A DNA stretch of 64,000 nt from the NCBI GenBank assembly GCA_051294375.1, contig CM119269.1:8440519-8504518 (forward strand), read 5' to 3'. The position numbers and the translations under genes are program-made. Under the pieces are notes generated by a model, which was given only the letters and a program-made list of their open reading frames with translations, had not been told where the DNA came from and did not search any database. Position 1 is the stretch's first letter. Every line of letters starts with the position of its first letter. The stretch comes from Paraspadella gotoi. Taxonomy: Eukaryota > Animalia > Chaetognatha. Below, one piece after another: positions 12,275 to 26,381 of this stretch.

Positions 12275-15101
12275 TTTTACAGTGGGAAATTACTACGGTT
12301 GCTGTATTTGGTGTAGTTGGTGAAGTTTTTTTTTTTTGATTTTATTTCGCTGGCTTGTTTTATCGTTCTTAATTGTTTATTATGCTCTATTGTTTTTAGT
12401 TCTTATTATTTTAAGAAAGGGAAATAAGAAAAATTACGCTGTTTTGTTTCTTGTAGTTGTTGTTTCCTTTTTCTGTTGTTATTTCGTTTATCGTATTTCG
12501 CAATATACGTGGTTGGTGGCGACTTCAACGGGGAAGATTTCTGTCAAACTCGATCAAACTTGAAAAAAAAAAAAGAATTTCTTGCTGACGACAGAATTGG
12601 GCGACGCCTCTCGGCGAAAGGTTGGACCGAATCCGGTTTTGCGCGGAAAGCGGAGGCACGGTGGTCGTCGTCGTCTTTGTCAAGATTCACCACAGAATGA
12701 ACAATGTTGCTCCTCTGTAACTCTTTACCCGCGTTTGTCCAGATCGTCTAGTTTTAAAATTATTCCGCTAATTGCGATCTATCTTTCTAAATCTTATTTA
12801 ATAAGAAGACGCGCTTCCGATTCTTTAAACAACCCGGACGCGAACTATAGACCTTTCAGTCACGACTATTCGACATTGATTACGAAGCCGTCTCGCTTGA
12901 CGAACCTTCCCTTTTATTCGTCGTCTGCTACACAGTAAAAATCAGGTTTTTATAGTTGCGATTTCGAGAATTCTAAAAGTGGGAGAGAGAAAGAGAGAGA
13001 AAGTTAATTGTCCTGTTCATCCCTCGCCTGAGGTGTCTGACTAAATTCGGATGGGGAGCGCGTGAGAAGAAGACAAAGAAAAAGGAGAGAAGAAAACAAA
13101 GGAGATACTCAAAGGGAAAGGAGAGGAAATAATAATACGGAAAATATATAAAATAAGAATATAAATAAATATGAATAGTATGATATATAATACCTATATA
13201 ATATAAAATGAAAATAAGAAAATATGATAATTTTATTATTTTCAATTATTGTTGCCTATTATTTCAAATTTTGTCTCCAATCTCAAATCACAACGAAAGA
13301 AAGGATGATTGATAATGTCTGATAATTTTATTATAAAAAAAATTTAAAAATTTAAAAAGTATTAAAAGTTAATCCATTATATTTTTTCATATTTTTGAAA
13401 ATTTTTTCATTAATAATATAAATCAAATATTGTAATAATATAATTTTGTTTACAAATATTTTTTTTGATAAATAAAAAAAATAATTACTATTAAAAGCTG
13501 GGTAAGAGTTGAAAACAGCATTAACTTACGAGAAACAAACTCAATGGTGGGTGTAAATGTTATAATCAACGATTTATATTTATGAAAAAACGCATATATT
13601 CTTTGACAACTAACGGAAAATATTCATGATAAAACAGACAATTTTTATTATATTGCCGGAAAGTGTTTACACGGACCGTAAACCTCGTTTATACTAAATA
13701 TTAATTATCTCTACGAAAAACTTTTTACCATTTATGTTTTTGACAAATTCGGAATACGCTTCTTTTAAACCATTCAAATTAACTAATTCAAAAAGAGCTT
13801 TAGATGATTTAAATTATTATACTACCCGATCCTTCAAATCATATCAGTAACAAATTAACAATATCGTCGGTTAGAATACAAACCAATTCATAAAGAAAGG
13901 TTTTAAAATAATATGCTACTTTAGTATACTTCACATCATATCAGTCACGACATTGTAATTTTCACTGAGGTTCTTCTCATTAGACTATGTTATGGTCGTC
14001 GTCGTCTTCATCGTCGTCAACTTGTAAACTGGCAGATATTTGGCGGCAGACAAAGAAAGAGAGAGAGAGGTATATTATAATTACCAACCAGCTCATTCAT
14101 AAAAAGTCAAACTGTCGATAGCTACCTGATTTCGCAACCAATTATCCAGGAAACCGACAGCGAATAAAGGAAGGCTGAAGATTATTGGGAGCAAAAAGGT
14201 AACTAGAAAATTGGCGTGTGATAAGGGTGTGCACTAAGGGCGCCAAACTTGGATGATTGCACAATAGAGTGGAGCACTCAAGAACAAAAAATCTATTTGA
14301 ATGATTAAACAAGGAAATTTAGATGTGAGATAGTATGATTAACTAGTATTAAAAATATTTTGTTAATATAGTCTGGGAACAGAACAGTAAAATACAATAT
14401 ATTTATACATTGTGTAATTTTCTCTCTTTTCGTTGTTCAATAATATCAGCAGATTCGAAAACGAAAGTTTTTAGTATTTTTTAGAACTGTAACAACGTGT
14501 TAAGGGCAACAAGCATGCGAAGAGTACCCTAAGGGTGCAGTAAAAATACTACTTCGCCTCAGGGTGCAGTAAGAACTGTAATAGTTTAGCAACTAGCAAG
14601 CACATTAAGGGCATCAACTGGGCAATTAAGATGCGATTAGGGTAACTAGGGTGCATTAAAGAGTGCAGAAATTGTGGATAAAGGCAGTATGCACTAAAAT
14701 ATCATTTGATCGTGTGATGACTGTCGAGAGAAAAGAGATTGAGTGGTATTAATTGGAGATTGGAGAAGGTCAACGGTAACAGATGAAATTCTTTCTGCGT
14801 TTTTTCAATTTACATGTATGTCAAAGAAAGCGAAATAGTTATTCTTCACCACCGTCGATTCTTTTTAATGATTATGCGTATATAATATATATATTCATAA
14901 ATATAACGGTTTTTTTTCCAAAGTCAGAGAGGGAATTTTAAAACAAACTTGGGACTGCCTTTGCCATGGACTCTCTACCTCTTCATTTTCTGTTAAAAAT
15001 ATCAATAGAATTGAAAAAAATATAATTTGTAAATTTAATCGTGCTTATGGTTCTTGAAAAACACGGTTTAGCATTTAGTCGCCAAACTTTTAATCCAGAT
15101 A

Positions 15102-16119
15102 TTTTTAGTCGGATCTGCTTATCAGCAGATCTGAAGAGAGAGAACGTGAATGAAAAACTCGACTTTATAATTCACTTGGTCGGTCCGTCGGTCCGCCCCC
15201 TCAATATTGTCGGGCACTAACTTATATCATGTCAGAACATCGAATTATGATAAATTATGCAAAAAATATTATGTCCGTCCGTCCGTCCGTCCGTCCGTCC
15301 CACCTTAGCAAAAAACACCAATTACTCGTGATTGGATGGATGGATTTGAATGAAATTTTGTGTGTGGGTAGGGAAGTGTGTGATTGAGCTGGATATAAAG
15401 TTTCGATGGAATCGTCCGAGTGGAAATGAGTTTAAATGGAAAAAACAAAAAAATATAATTCACAATTTGAATACCAATTGCTCATGAGTGGATGGGGCGA
15501 TTGACCTGGAATTTTGTATGTGGGTAGGAAAGTGTGTGATTGAACAGGAAAACAAGTTTCGATGGAATCGTTTGAGTGGAAATGAGTTTAAATGGAAAAA
15601 ACAAAAAACCTGTTTCACTAATTGATTATGATTCTTTTTCTTTTAATATTAAATGTATATGCAGGATGTATTAATAAATCAAATAATTAATCAGTTAATT
15701 AATAACTCGTGATTGGCTGGTTGGATTGGAATAAAATTTTGTGTGTGGGTAGGAAAGTGTGTGATAAAGCTGGATATAAAAGTTTCGGTGGAAACGTACG
15801 AGTGGAAATGAGTTTAAATGAAAAAAATATGAGTCAATATTTACCCATAATAGATTGAGATGAAATTATGTGCGCGGGTAGGAAAGTGTGTGAAGAAGCT
15901 AGATATAAAGTTTTGACGGAATTGTGCCAGTGGAAATGAGTTTAAATTGAAAAAACATAAGTCACATTTACTTGAATCTTTATTATTTATGATTACTAAT
16001 AAATGTTTTAATTAATTAATTAATTCATGTGAAGAAATGATGCAATTTAAAAAAATGATGCAAATTGAAAAAATGATGCAAGTTAAAACAATCTTAAAAG
16101 CATAAGGATCGTCGCAATT

Positions 16120-16154
<35 letters not shown>

Positions 16155-16234
16155 TAAAAACGAAATGAAAACACGATGTTACAAGTTAAAAAAATCTTAA
16201 AAGCATAAGGATCGTCGCAATTGCAAAGAAAGAA

Positions 16235-16265
<31 letters not shown>

Positions 16266-17656
16266 TAAAAACGAAATGAAAACACGATGTTGCGATAGCA
16301 AAATGATAACATGCACAAATGCGATGCCTAATTTTACGAGTTCAATCCTTTTTCAATTTTTTTGTTTAATAAAAGTAGGGAAGTCTGGCGTTAAGCGTCC
16401 GAGATAAAAATTAGCGAATAAAAAAGTTGTTATTTTACTCACTGAATAAAAATACTTAAAATACTTACAAAATACATAAAATTGATAAAATTATTATTCC
16501 TATAACATTGTTCAATCACATGCAATATATCTAGTAAGGCGGGCCAAAATAGAACACTTTTTATAACTTCTAGTTCTCTCAAAAAAAATTTTTTTTTCCT
16601 TCTACTACTAAATCGATTTTCAATGTAACTTTTTGAATTAGTTCATGGGGTTGTTGCACTGAAGCTTTTAAAATATAACAAATGACAAAAAAAATTTTAA
16701 AAATTTGATTTTTTAAGAACGGATTCTTATAAAGCTTAATAAGTTAAATGAAAGTTAGTACTATAATTTTTTAAAATTTTGACAATAAATTGGTTAAAAA
16801 TATAAAAAACCTTAAAAAATCATCATCATCATTGGCTGAATTTTATAGTTTTTTAAATTTTTCATTAATAAAACAAAACAATTTTAAAAAGTTGTATTAA
16901 TAACCTTTATCTAACTTTTAAAGCTCTATAAAAAAAAATTTAAAAATTTTTAAAAAAATGTTAACTTTATATAGTAATAAAATAATCTTTAAATGCTTCC
17001 GTGTGCTTATTAATAAGCAAAATTTTAAAAATTATTTTCATTTTCATATTATTAGTCGCTTAACCATTATTTATTCGAGAGAACTTCTAGTTTTCAACCT
17101 GTTCCGGCCTAATATCTAGTGCCTTTTTTTCATTGAAATCGATAGATATTAACTAAAAATATTAGAATTAATTTTTCTTTTTGATATAATAAGAGAACCG
17201 AACTTCTGTCGCTTGATGTCGTTAGGTTACTAATTAATATGCGTTTGAGGATTCCGAATATGTTTTTAAAATTTACTTACATAGATGCGCATAGACGCAA
17301 TATGCCTTGAAAGCAAGTTGTTTGGTTTGGTCACTTATTTGGTAATAAAAAAATAGAATTTCTTTGATATCTTTTGAACCAAAAATGATAAAACGATGAG
17401 ACTGGTATCATATTAAAGCCATAATTATGGGGCATCTTTTCCATATAATTTTTTTAAATGTTTCAAAGGATTTTTTTTAAAATCTTGATCGGAATCTTAG
17501 TCAAAAGTATAACAACTTTTGAAATTAAATTAAACACACTTAGCCACATTTCAAAAAATAAATAAATATAGATTCTGAAAGAAATAATTTTAATGCATCA
17601 TGTGAGGTATCATATGAAAGCTAACGATGTCTGCTACATGACAGCACGTAAAAAAC

Positions 17657-17699
<43 letters not shown>

Positions 17700-17900
17700 A
17701 AGAAAGAGAGAAAGAAAGAAAGAAAGAAAGAGAGTTTTAGGACAAATCAAAAGCGGCATCAGCAGAGGCAGCCAGAAAAAAAGAATGATACGAGTTGAAA
17801 AATTGATGTGAGTTAAAAAAAATTGTTATTTATCATCTGATTAGCTGATTTCCGCTTAATTATCGTAGGCAGATCCGACATTGTTTGCTCAAACTTGTTT
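15102..17900 (+). mobile_element. Helentron-associated non-autonomous element (HINE/DINE-1-like), family A, with nested insertions
   Basis: 5' ttttt-agtcggatctgc followed by a nearby partial inverted repeat (gcagatctga); (GTCC)n microsatellite at 15273-15300; four internal repeats containing gtgggtaggaaagtgtgtga; 3' subTIR gcagatccgac and short hairpin gtttgctcaaac, ending in TT. Confidence 0.8.
16536..17111. mobile_element. MITE with 9-bp TSD (Mutator-like), nested in HINE family A
   Basis: atatctagt at 16527-16535 and 17112-17120; imperfect terminal inverted repeats aaggcggg / ccggccta. Confidence 0.6.
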
Positions 17901-17979
17901 TTATAATACTAGCTTAGTTAAACTACATATTACATAATACATATCTCTATAAAGCCCCTCCAGGCTCCAGCCCTAAAAA

Positions 17980-20900
17980 ATGGAAACCGTACACTTGCTT
18001 CTCCTCTTGCAAATTTGTCTCAACGTTTTCGATGTGATTACGGACATTCACACGTCGGCCCGGAAAATCCGCTCGGGTCAGCGTTACAACCAAGCAGTTG
18101 GGTGGGCGTTGTCCCTCGTGTTGCTCCTTCACGTTGCAGTCAGCTCGTTCTACTCGCTGTCGATCATTTTGAAGAACAAAAGACAATACGCGAGATTCTT
18201 TAAGAATTGGATCCGAACGGCGGCGATTGTCGCCCTACATATCGCTGGTTTGGGCAACCTAGCTTTAATGGTTGACCTCTTCATTGATGAACGGGTATGT
18301 AAAAGTTTTGCAGTAACATGACGTAACATTGACTAATAAGGGTGAAGTAAAAGTTTGGAATCAAAATTTAGTAATTATATCTTAAAACCTAATACTAATC
18401 TTTTTTTTCTTTTACTAATATAGTAGCCCAGTCAGCTTATTTTGTCTTGTACTACCCTGATATAATATTAAAATTTAAAAAATGTATTTTTGGCCAATTT
18501 ATTGAAAAAAATTTTAAAAAGGATTATACTGTCATCTTTCCCCAATTTAGTAACAAATTGAAATTCGGTCTTAAAATTTCAAAATTTTTATTTTAAAATT
18601 TTAGTTTATTATATATTCATTATTATATATGAAAAGCTCACTGGAACCCAGAAAATATAAAATGAAAAATTAAATTTACCAAAGTATTTTTATGGGTTTT
18701 TTACTATGCTCATTACTCAATTTTAATTTTGTAAAGTTTATTATTTTTAAATCTCTCTATTGACCACAGAACGCTGTTAATGGTTTTCACATAATTGTGA
18801 CTAATTCAAAATTAAACGTTTTTCATATTATGGGGTAAAACAATAAATATCTAAGGTGAATAAGAATCCACTTACCATTCAGGCTGCTTGGTCGGTCGGT
18901 CGCTAATTTGCCTTCTACCCCTAAGACCTGAGGAACCACATTATTGGTTAATTATTGGTTAATAGAGTGTAGTGAAAGTTACTTACGGAAACTCTAAAAG
19001 TCAATTATGAACAACATACCATCAGTAAACATTAATTTGTAAAAAAAATTAATCTTATATTTTTAAATTTTTGCAGTAGGCTATATTTATATATAGTACT
19101 ATCCTTATAAAATCTAAAAAATTTCAAAATAGGCTTTTCTTAATTTTGATTGCAGATTTAAATTTCTCGTCAAAAGTTGATAAAAAATATAAATCATTTT
19201 TAAAAAATTATTTTATTAAGTGGGTTAAAAATTAAAAAAACTATCTTTAATATATAAAAAATTAATTTTCAGCTTAAAATATAGCTTTTTCTAATTTTTG
19301 ACCCACTTAATGAAGGAATTTTTCAAAAAACTGTTTTGAAATTTTAACATTTATTGGATTAGTACTAGTATAAATATGGCCTACAGCATAAAATTTATTA
19401 TAAATTTTTTTATTACATAATTGTTCATTAGTATAATGTTGTTCGTTCCTCACTTTTAGAATTTTAATTAAAGTTAAATTTAGAAATTTTACTACGCCTT
19501 ATTGGTTAATACTGTAGAAGACAAAAATACGGGAAAATAAATGAAGGGAAAAAGGTGAAGGATTGTGTTTAACCAACGTAGAAAGAATTTTATTTCTAAG
19601 ATCTACTGTTTGAAATATTTAGTTCTCAAAAGAAAAGTCGCATTCTTTAATGATTGAAATATTTTAATCAATAACTTTAACCTTGTTTTGTCTATGGTGG
19701 TAGTTTTAATGCAATCTTTAACTTTGTTTTGTCTTTAGTCTTAGCTTTTTTTGATGCTCTGATTTTGATGTACTAAATCAATTTGTTGAATTCGAAATAA
19801 AACGCATATATAACCCGCCTGTAAAATAGTTTAGGGACTTTTAATTAAGATAATATTTATGTGGGAGATTGTATTAAAAACATTGTTTGAGTACTTGGCT
19901 CTAACTTAATTTATACCTTGTAGATTTCGCTATCAAAAATAAGAATCAATCCAAATCACGTGATTTTAATAATAAAATAATTGGATCAGAAGGGCCTCGT
20001 CCAATCAGAATCTAGAAATAAATAATTACCAATGAAAGCATAGGACGAGTTTGAGAGTTAAAGCTACTAACGTTATTAGTATTCTATATAAAACCGAATA
20101 TTAATTTAGAAAATTATTAAAATATTTATAAACTATTTAACAATTTAATTTATAATAATTATATTTTGTCTCTTCTTTTTTATGAGGATAATAAAGAGCA
20201 GTAATGGACTGTGCTGTAGGCTCCAGTGGAGCACTGCATTAAAGGCAAATTAACCCAGCCGTCTCATTTTTAGTCGGATCTGCTTATCAGCAGATTCCGA
20301 CTCTATAATGCACTTTGTCGGTCCGTTGGTCCCACCCCTAAATCTTGTCGGTAAATCATTTTTATCACATCAGAACATCATATTATGCTAAATTAAGCAA
20401 AAAAAGATGTCCGTCCGTCGTGTCCTGTCCTGTCTTCAATTATTCGTGATTGGATGGTTGGAATAGAATGAAATTTTGTGTGTGGGTAGGAAAGTGTGTG
20501 ATTGAGCAGGATATAAAGTTTGGATGGAATCGTACAAGAGGAAATGAGTTTAAATGGAAAAAACATAATTCACATTAACTTAAATCTTTTTACTAATTTT
20601 AACCCATAATTACTCGAATTAATCATAATTGGATAGATAGATTGAAATTAAATTTTGTGTGTGGGTAGGAAAGTGTGTGATGAAGCTGGATATAAAGTTT
20701 AGATTGAATCTTGCAAGTGGAAATGAGTTTAGATGGAAAAAAACATAAGTCACTTTTATTTGAATCTTTTTAATAATTTTATTCCATAATTAATCGATTT
20801 ATTTATAATTGGATGGATAGAATGGGATTAAATTTTGTGTGTGGGTAAAAAAGTGTGTGATTGAGCAGGATATAAAGTTTTGTTGGGATCGAGGAGTGGA

Positions 20901-22114
20901 AATGAGTTTGCATGGAAAAAACCAAAGTCAAGTCGACTTGAATTTTTATTATTTATGCTTACTCATGAATGCCTTAATTAATTAATTAATTATTTAATTA
21001 ATTAAATTAATTAAGTGAAAAAATGATGCAAGTTAAAATATTATTCATATTGAAAAAATGATGCAAATTGAAAGATTGTTGCAAGCTTAAAGAATGATGC
21101 AAGTTGAAAGAATGTTGAAAGTTGAAAGAATGATGCAAGTTGAAAAAATGATGCAAGTTGAAAGAATGGTGCAAGTTGAAAGATTGATGCAAGTTGAAAA
21201 AATGATGCAAGTTTAAAAAATGATGCAAGTTTAAAAAAATTATATAAGTTGAAAAATGATGCAAGTTTAAAAAATGATGCAAGTTGAAAAAAAAGAATTG
21301 CGTGTTAAAAAAATGATATGAGTTGAAAAAAATGATGCAAATTTAAAAATAATGCAAGTTAAAAGAATGAATGCAGTTGAAAAAAATGATGCAAGTTGAA
21401 AAAATGATGCAAGTTAAAAAAAAGGTTGCAAGTTAAAAAAATGATGCAAGTTGAAAAAATGATGCGAGTAAAAAAAATGATGCAAGTTGAAAAAATGATG
21501 CGAGTAAAAAAAATGATGCAAGTGGAAAAAATAATAATATTTGAAAAAATTATTTGTACTTTATTTGTAATTATTTCTACTATAGTATTTATTTATTCAT
21601 TTATTTAGCTGATTCCCGCTTAATTATCGTGGGCAGATCCGACATTGTTTGCTCAAACTTGTGAGTTAAAAACTAACTATTGACAAACTTTTGTAGAAAG
21701 ATTTCTTTATTCTTTATTCTTCTTTTCAAACTCCTCTTTAAGTCCTACCTCACATCGGATCTCAATCAATTGCAATGGTATCGCTACAAAAGAGATATTT
21801 TCACTGCAACAAATTTCATCCACATTTTCTTGGAGTCATGGCCGCAGGTTTTGATCCAGACAGCGGGCATCCTCTTGAGCTGGACTAGCGACTCGAGAAT
21901 GGTGTGCCTTTACGACTCTTGGATGAACATAACGGAAAAAGGACCATTCAAACAAAAGTTATTCACTCATTTGTTGACCGAGGAAGGGCCTAAGAACACA
22001 AGCTGGCCTTGTCTGTGCGATGTAATTAACTCCAACGCAAACTACCAAAGGTCATTTGGTTGAGAATTGGGCGAAATGCTCTTTGATGCCCCCTTGCCGT
22101 ATGACGAAGCAGTG

Positions 22115-22147
<33 letters not shown>

Positions 22148-24942
22148 CTGGATGACTTAGAGTCAGGATCAGGATCGACAAAAACGACGACGATAATTTG
22201 AACGATGGATTAATTGTTTTGGTTTTCGGTTAGGGATAAGGTTAATTTAGGGAATAGATATTAGGGATTAGGGTTGGGATAAGGGTCAGGGTTAGGGTTT
22301 AGGGTTGGGATTAGGGATTAGGGTTAAGGATTAGGGTTAGGGATTAGGTTCTTTTTCCCGACGCTACTTTTGCAACAATAAAATTCTGGCATGCTGGGTG
22401 ACTCAGCGAGAGAAAGAATTAAGCCTCCGTTACGATCGGGATCGACAGAAACGACGACGATAGTTTGAACGATGGAGGAAGCAGTTGCGACGATGAGAGC
22501 TACGACTAAAGGAGTGACGCATAAAACGACGATGGAAGCAGCAAAAGAGACAAGTTTTTTGTGTATTTTTGAGTCCGCTGCTTCAGGAGCCGCAGCAAGG
22601 GGGCTTCTTTGAAAAAAGTGCCGAGAATTGTATAGTTTTTTTTCAATTTCAAAAAAAAAATCATTCATGTATAAAGGTTACTTTACTAGTAAAGGAATTG
22701 ATAAATTTTCTACTTTTTATTGGTTGTACCGTCAGCTTGAAGTGATGTAATATCAGTCTTGTATTCCTAACGCAAGGGTCCCCGATTCTGGCCCAGTCAC
22801 CCTCACGGTTTTTGGTGGTACATACCGCCAGCAGGGGCGTGTAAATTGGTTAAACACCCTCCACGGGAAAAGCTCATGGGACTAAAAAAATTTATAATAA
22901 ATAAATATAAGAGAAATAACAGCTTTTAATTTTGTAAAATATTTTTTTCATCAGGACAGGAGAGAACGCTTAAAATACATTCATAATGTAACAATAACGT
23001 GATTTTTAAAAGCATCCAAACCTCATTTCTTGAGAAGTTATATTTTATTTATTTATTTTTTTAAGGAAGTGGAGTGGAGGGTCCCGCCATTCTCTACACG
23101 CCACTGACCACCAGACTACATTTATTTCTTTGCTGTGAACATGTTTTTTGCTTATTTTCTCTCAGTCGCGTCTACGTTTGCGGGTGGCGAATCACCGAGT
23201 TTGGGACCCTCGTCTCCGCGGCGATGTCGACGCTGTGTTTGGCGAAGGCAGCGATCGAGAATCGTCATTCCGAGGATCATCCCTGTTGCCTCTCGAAGAT
23301 TTGCTCGGTCCTCGGTTTGATTCAAAGCCTATTTGGTTTGACCATTTTTTTGTACATTTTGAGCCTTAACGCCTTTATGGTTTCCCCATGGCTTCTCGCC
23401 TGCCTTCCTCTTATGCCGCTGAGAGTTTTTTCATTTTATGAACTAAAGGCAATTGCTTTTGGCTTCTTTTCAAACAATAGATTAGACGTTAAAATAAAAT
23501 CTAAAAATAACATTTTTCATGTTATTTACAGTCCCTACATTAATATTTTTTTGTTCTCTTTAACTCTTTTTATAAAAAAGTTAGATTTTTTAGGTTACAA
23601 CCCGATAAATATTAAACTATCTTTACATTGGAATTTAATCACCGACTTGTCCCCAAAAATAAAGTTTTTTTTTAAGAAGCCCACGGTAAAATTTCTTTTA
23701 AACAACAATGTAATTTTTTGCACAAGTGGAATAATAAACAAAAAAAATTGGATTAAATCTTTTGGCGAGATTTTGCAATGCAAACCCGATTGTAATTCTG
23801 ATCTTTATGCTGGTGCAATTTACATGAAAGCTGGCAATAATTATCTTTTACAACCTGATTTTGGCTTATACTTAATTCTACTCTTAATAGACACAACCTT
23901 TAGTGGGGTTTATAGTATTACTTTTTTTCTTATGAGAAAGTCTTTTAAAGCATATTTTTTATCACTACTTTCACTTTTTAGTACCATCTTTGTTATTTAT
24001 TTAAATCTTTACCATTTTATTTTTCACATTAACGTCGTGAATATAAAAAAAACTAGACGTGCTGTCTTATCAAATTATCTTTTGATGACCAAACCAATTC
24101 CATTAAAAGATCCAAATATCAACAAGGATTTTTTTCAACAAATCTACAAGTCTCATTTGAAGGTTTATAGATTTTCAAGTTTAATCTCAAAAATGTCAGG
24201 AGTAATATTTTTCTCAACATTGGCATTTTGCTTACAGAATCTTCGCTCAAACTGGAAAAGTAAACGTGTCTTTCTCACAGTTGAGTTTTTTATCGGAATA
24301 CTTTCAATTTTTCTCCCAATTTTGACTTTTTTCACAATCAGACAAACAACGTGCCGACAAAATGTCTTGGTCGGTCAAGAAGAGTTGCTACACCTTTGCT
24401 ACCAAAAGATACTCGACTCAGATAACCCTAGAAAAAATTTTAATCCCTGCAAGGCGGTTTTTTTTTCTAAACTTTCGACCCACGCTTTTCTTCAAGATAA
24501 TTTCTTTTACTTTTTTTCTTTGTCTCTTCTCCCGCTTTACAAATATCTCTGCGTCTCGATTGATGGATTGATTACAATTTATCGATCGGACAAACGAATA
24601 TTCCTCGCAAAAGTGCCGCAGCTCATTTCTGGTGGAATCATCTTAGCTTCGTCTTACATGGTCGTATCTTCGCTACAAAACCCGGCTACGCAATTGGGTT
24701 ATGCTAAATTCGCGAAGGTCCCTCGTCCGAAACATACTTTTCTTGGGAACAATTTAAGAGTGAACTTCGAAAGCGAGATTTTTTATCCCTTCAATGACCT
24801 TTTGTTTCCTTTCTTGGAATTTCAAGTCGAAAACCTGTCTGCTTTTTTCGACGAAATGAAAGTTCATCTTTTCAAAGACATAAAAAAAGGTCCCAATATC
24901 TTGATTCTATCCTTTCTCTTCGTTCCTGCGTTGATTTTTTAA
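17980..24942 (+). CDS. XK-related-like multi-pass membrane protein, paralog B, about 835 aa, 3 exons
   Basis: Exons 17980-18294 (NVFDVITDI, XK-type D..(S/T)D motif), 21743-22058 (IHIFLESWPQVLIQ; donor chosen for phase, alternative 22050), 23066-24942 (VSAAMSTLCLAKA, then many hydrophobic segments). Collinear similarity to paralog A. Confidence 0.75.
18339..18690. mobile_element. DNA transposon remnant, same family as 5195-5905
   Basis: Shared 5' and 3' blocks with the 5195 copy (tagtagcccagtcagcttattttgt, agctcactgg.accca). Confidence 0.55.
18964..19499. mobile_element. Mutator-like foldback MITE with long imperfect TIRs and 11-bp TSD
   Basis: tattggttaat at 18953-18963 and 19500-19510; the left and right halves are imperfect reverse complements (gtaggctatatttata / tataaatatggcctac). 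Confidence 0.6.
20267..21662 (+). mobile_element. HINE/DINE-1-like family A, second copy, in intron 1 of XK paralog B
   Basis: Same termini as 15102-17900; three approximately 180-bp internal repeats; expanded 18-19-bp tandem. Confidence 0.85.
21015..21530. repeat. 18-19-bp tandem (tgatgcaagttgaaaaaa) inside HINE A
   Basis: Directly visible; source of the spurious LHHF and MMQVEK ORFs. Confidence 0.9.
22229..22349 (+). repeat. Degenerate TTAGGG/TTAGGGA telomere-like tract; similar tracts at about 33013-33058, 36413-36470 and 60970-61060
   Basis: ttagggattagggttggg..gttagggtttagggttgggattagggattagggttaagg. Confidence 0.75.
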
Positions 24943-25489
24943 AGTTATTAGGCTACATGAATACGGCCATATTTTCCCATAACTAGAGGTAGCCTTACTC
25001 AGTAAGGTGGTTAAGAAATTTGAATTAAGCACCAGCTCAAACGAAAACTAGACATTTTTAAAAAAATTTGAATAGGCCAAAAACTTTAATATTACTCCTC
25101 ACTCCACATATTAATTTTTTAATATTTATTTATAAATAGGAAAGGCTAAAACTTTTTTTATGATTTCTTTATTTTTAAGATCAGATTCAGGTAGCTTGTA
25201 AAAAGTTTTTTACTCGATGTATAAAATATATATTCAATATTTTGATCATAAGTGATTAAATTTGGGTGTATGAAGCTGAAAATTTATATACAGCTTCTCA
25301 TAATCGAGGTACTTGAAATTGGGTGAGGACGTTTATTAAATACGTTTTGTTTACGTTTTATCAAAACAAACAAATTTGCTCTACTTTTATTTTTATATCT
25401 CTTTCTCTCTCTCTTTTCTCTTTTAAATATATGTAGCTCTCTCTCTCTGTTTTCCCCAGTCGCTGATTCCTTGGGCTCTGCAGGGGCTT

Positions 25490-25547
25490 TCTTTCTTTTT
25501 CTCTCTTTGCTCCTGCTCCTTCTGCTGATTCGTCCAAAAACGATTTG

Positions 25548-25589
<42 letters not shown>

Positions 25590-26190
25590 GTTTTTATTTA
25601 AAAAAAATTTAATTAGGATTGAACTCGTAAAATTAGGCAACGCATTCGTGCATGTAATCATTTTTCTATCGCAACATCGGGTTTTTATTTCGTTCTTTCT
25701 TCTCGTCACTCTCTCTTTATTTTTATTTCTTTCCTTTCTATTCTTTCTTTCCTTTTTTTTCCTTTCTATTCTTTATTTCCTTTTTATTTTATTTTCTTTC
25801 TATTCTTTCTTCCCTTTTTATTCTTTTTCTCATTTCTATTCTTTCTTTCCTTTCTATTCTTTCTTTCCTTTCTATTCTTTCTTTCCTTTCTATTTTTTTT
25901 TCATTTCTATTCTTTCTTTCCTTTCTATTCTTTCTTTCCTTTCTTTTTTTTCTTTCCTTTCTATTCTTTTTTTCCTTTTTATTTTTTCTTTCCTTTCTAT
26001 TCTTTCTTTCCTTTCTATTCTTTCTTTCCTTTCTATTCTTTCTTTCCTTTCTATTCTTTCTTTATATTTATTCTTTTCCTCTTTTTCTTTCTGTTTATAA
26101 ATTTAATTTTTTTTAGTATCAAAATTTGTCGTCAATCCAGATTTTTCATATGCGATTGCGACGATCTCTATGCTTTTAAGATTTTTTTTT
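25490..26190 (-). mobile_element. Partial inverted copy of the HINE A internal/3' region, with an 18-bp tttctattctttctttcc tandem at 25715-26095
   Basis: 25616-25695 is the reverse complement of 16268-16350; 26150-26188 is the reverse complement of 16190-16226. Confidence 0.65.
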
Positions 26191-26381
26191 AAATTTATTT
26201 TAGTAACAATAAAAGCATTAAAATTGAACTTTTTTTTAAAATTCTTTTTTTACCTGAAAGTAGACTTCAAGACCAAAATTTTGAACCCCCGCCCCTATTG
26301 AATTTAATTTCATAGTAGATTTTTACCATAACGCCCAATTTCTTCTTTTGCTGAATAATTTTTTCCAATTCACAAACTGAA

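Noticed and set aside
15330-15960. Regularly spaced repeats as a CRISPR-like array
   Set aside because: Eukaryotic context; the units are long, the spacers are mutually similar, and they lie inside a HINE.
22724-22885. Possible third SINE family
   Set aside because: Only one copy in the window and no convincing A/B boxes.
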